A DNA stretch of 50,496 bases, from positions 1 to 50,496 of IMG/VR virus record IMGVR_UViG_3300034069_000710, one strand, 5' to 3'. This document shows, piece after piece, positions 50,313-50,496 of this stretch (within the stretch, counting starts at the first letter, position 1; each line of letters begins with the position of its first letter). This DNA is from a virus. The notes under the pieces were generated by a model. It ran no database searches, was not told where the DNA came from, and saw only the letters and a list, made by a program, of their open reading frames with translations. The position numbers and the translations under genes are program-made.

Positions 50313-50496
50313 GTGTCTCCTGTAACCAAGGCCTGCGCGGGCGTCGCAGGAATTTATTGCGGGCTTGGTCTACAGGTCCCCGTTGCGCCTACGATTGTCG
50401 CGCTATTTGCAGTGCTGCTCGTGCGGCTCCTCGTGTGGACGCGTTCGCAATCGATCCTTTGGAATGTTGCCGTCTGCCTCCTTGCGATGCTCGCAG
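50313..50496 (+). CDS. 5' part of the junction-spanning holin-like ORF (continues at nt 3..323 through the terminal repeat)
   Basis: GTG 50313 lies 10 nt after AAGGA. The reading frame runs into the repeat and is the same frame as track ORF 57..323. Confidence 0.55.
   Translation, partial: MSPVTKACAGVAGIYCGLGLQVPVAPTIVALFAVLLVRLLVWTRSQSILWNVAVCLLAMLA
50356..50496. repeat. Terminal direct repeat, copy 2 (identical to 1..141)
   Basis: Read directly. Confidence 0.95.

Overview
The window is an essentially complete high-GC tailed dsDNA phage genome. Nt 1..141 are repeated exactly at 50356..50496, so the contig closes on itself with about 50,355 bp of unique sequence.

Layout:
- A lysis cassette wraps the junction: a holin-like ORF starting at GTG 50313, a GH19-type endolysin, a 2-TM protein and a lipoprotein.
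- A leftward replication block at 1862..8254 holds a family A DNA polymerase with a Cys4 insertion, a gp2.5-like SSB and a DUF2800/Cas4-like nuclease.
- A rightward block at 8337..20147 holds an SF2 helicase, a VRR-NUC nuclease, a beta-class DNA methyltransferase, a TetR-like HTH, an AEP primase-SF3 helicase, many small ORFs and a PAPS-reductase-like protein.
- A roughly 430-bp non-coding region (20320..20755) is packed with 9-12-bp iterons in mirrored orientation around a 30-nt alternating Py-Pu tract.
- Then follow terS, a 5.3-kb island of about 20 small genes (HNH nuclease, NrdR-like Zn ribbon, Myb/GcrA-like HTH, orphan winged helix, ASCH) and terL.
- The portal carries a C-terminal 2H-phosphoesterase domain.
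- The head module follows: Mu F-like protein, DUF2213 scaffold, capsid.
- The tail is siphovirus-type and resembles the gene transfer agent (GTA) tail module: tube protein, chaperone pair with an A9 slippery run, tape measure, J/g15-like host-specificity protein and a fibre with a ricin-type lectin.

A 16-bp palindrome, TTGAC-N6-GTCAA, recurs eight times at transcription-unit boundaries.

I recognised no integrase, CI-type repressor, tRNA, rRNA or CRISPR array.

All functional calls come from motif recognition by eye and memory of protein families, not from database searches. Start codons are chosen from ATGA/GTGA coupling and Shine-Dalgarno-like sequences and may be off by a few codons.
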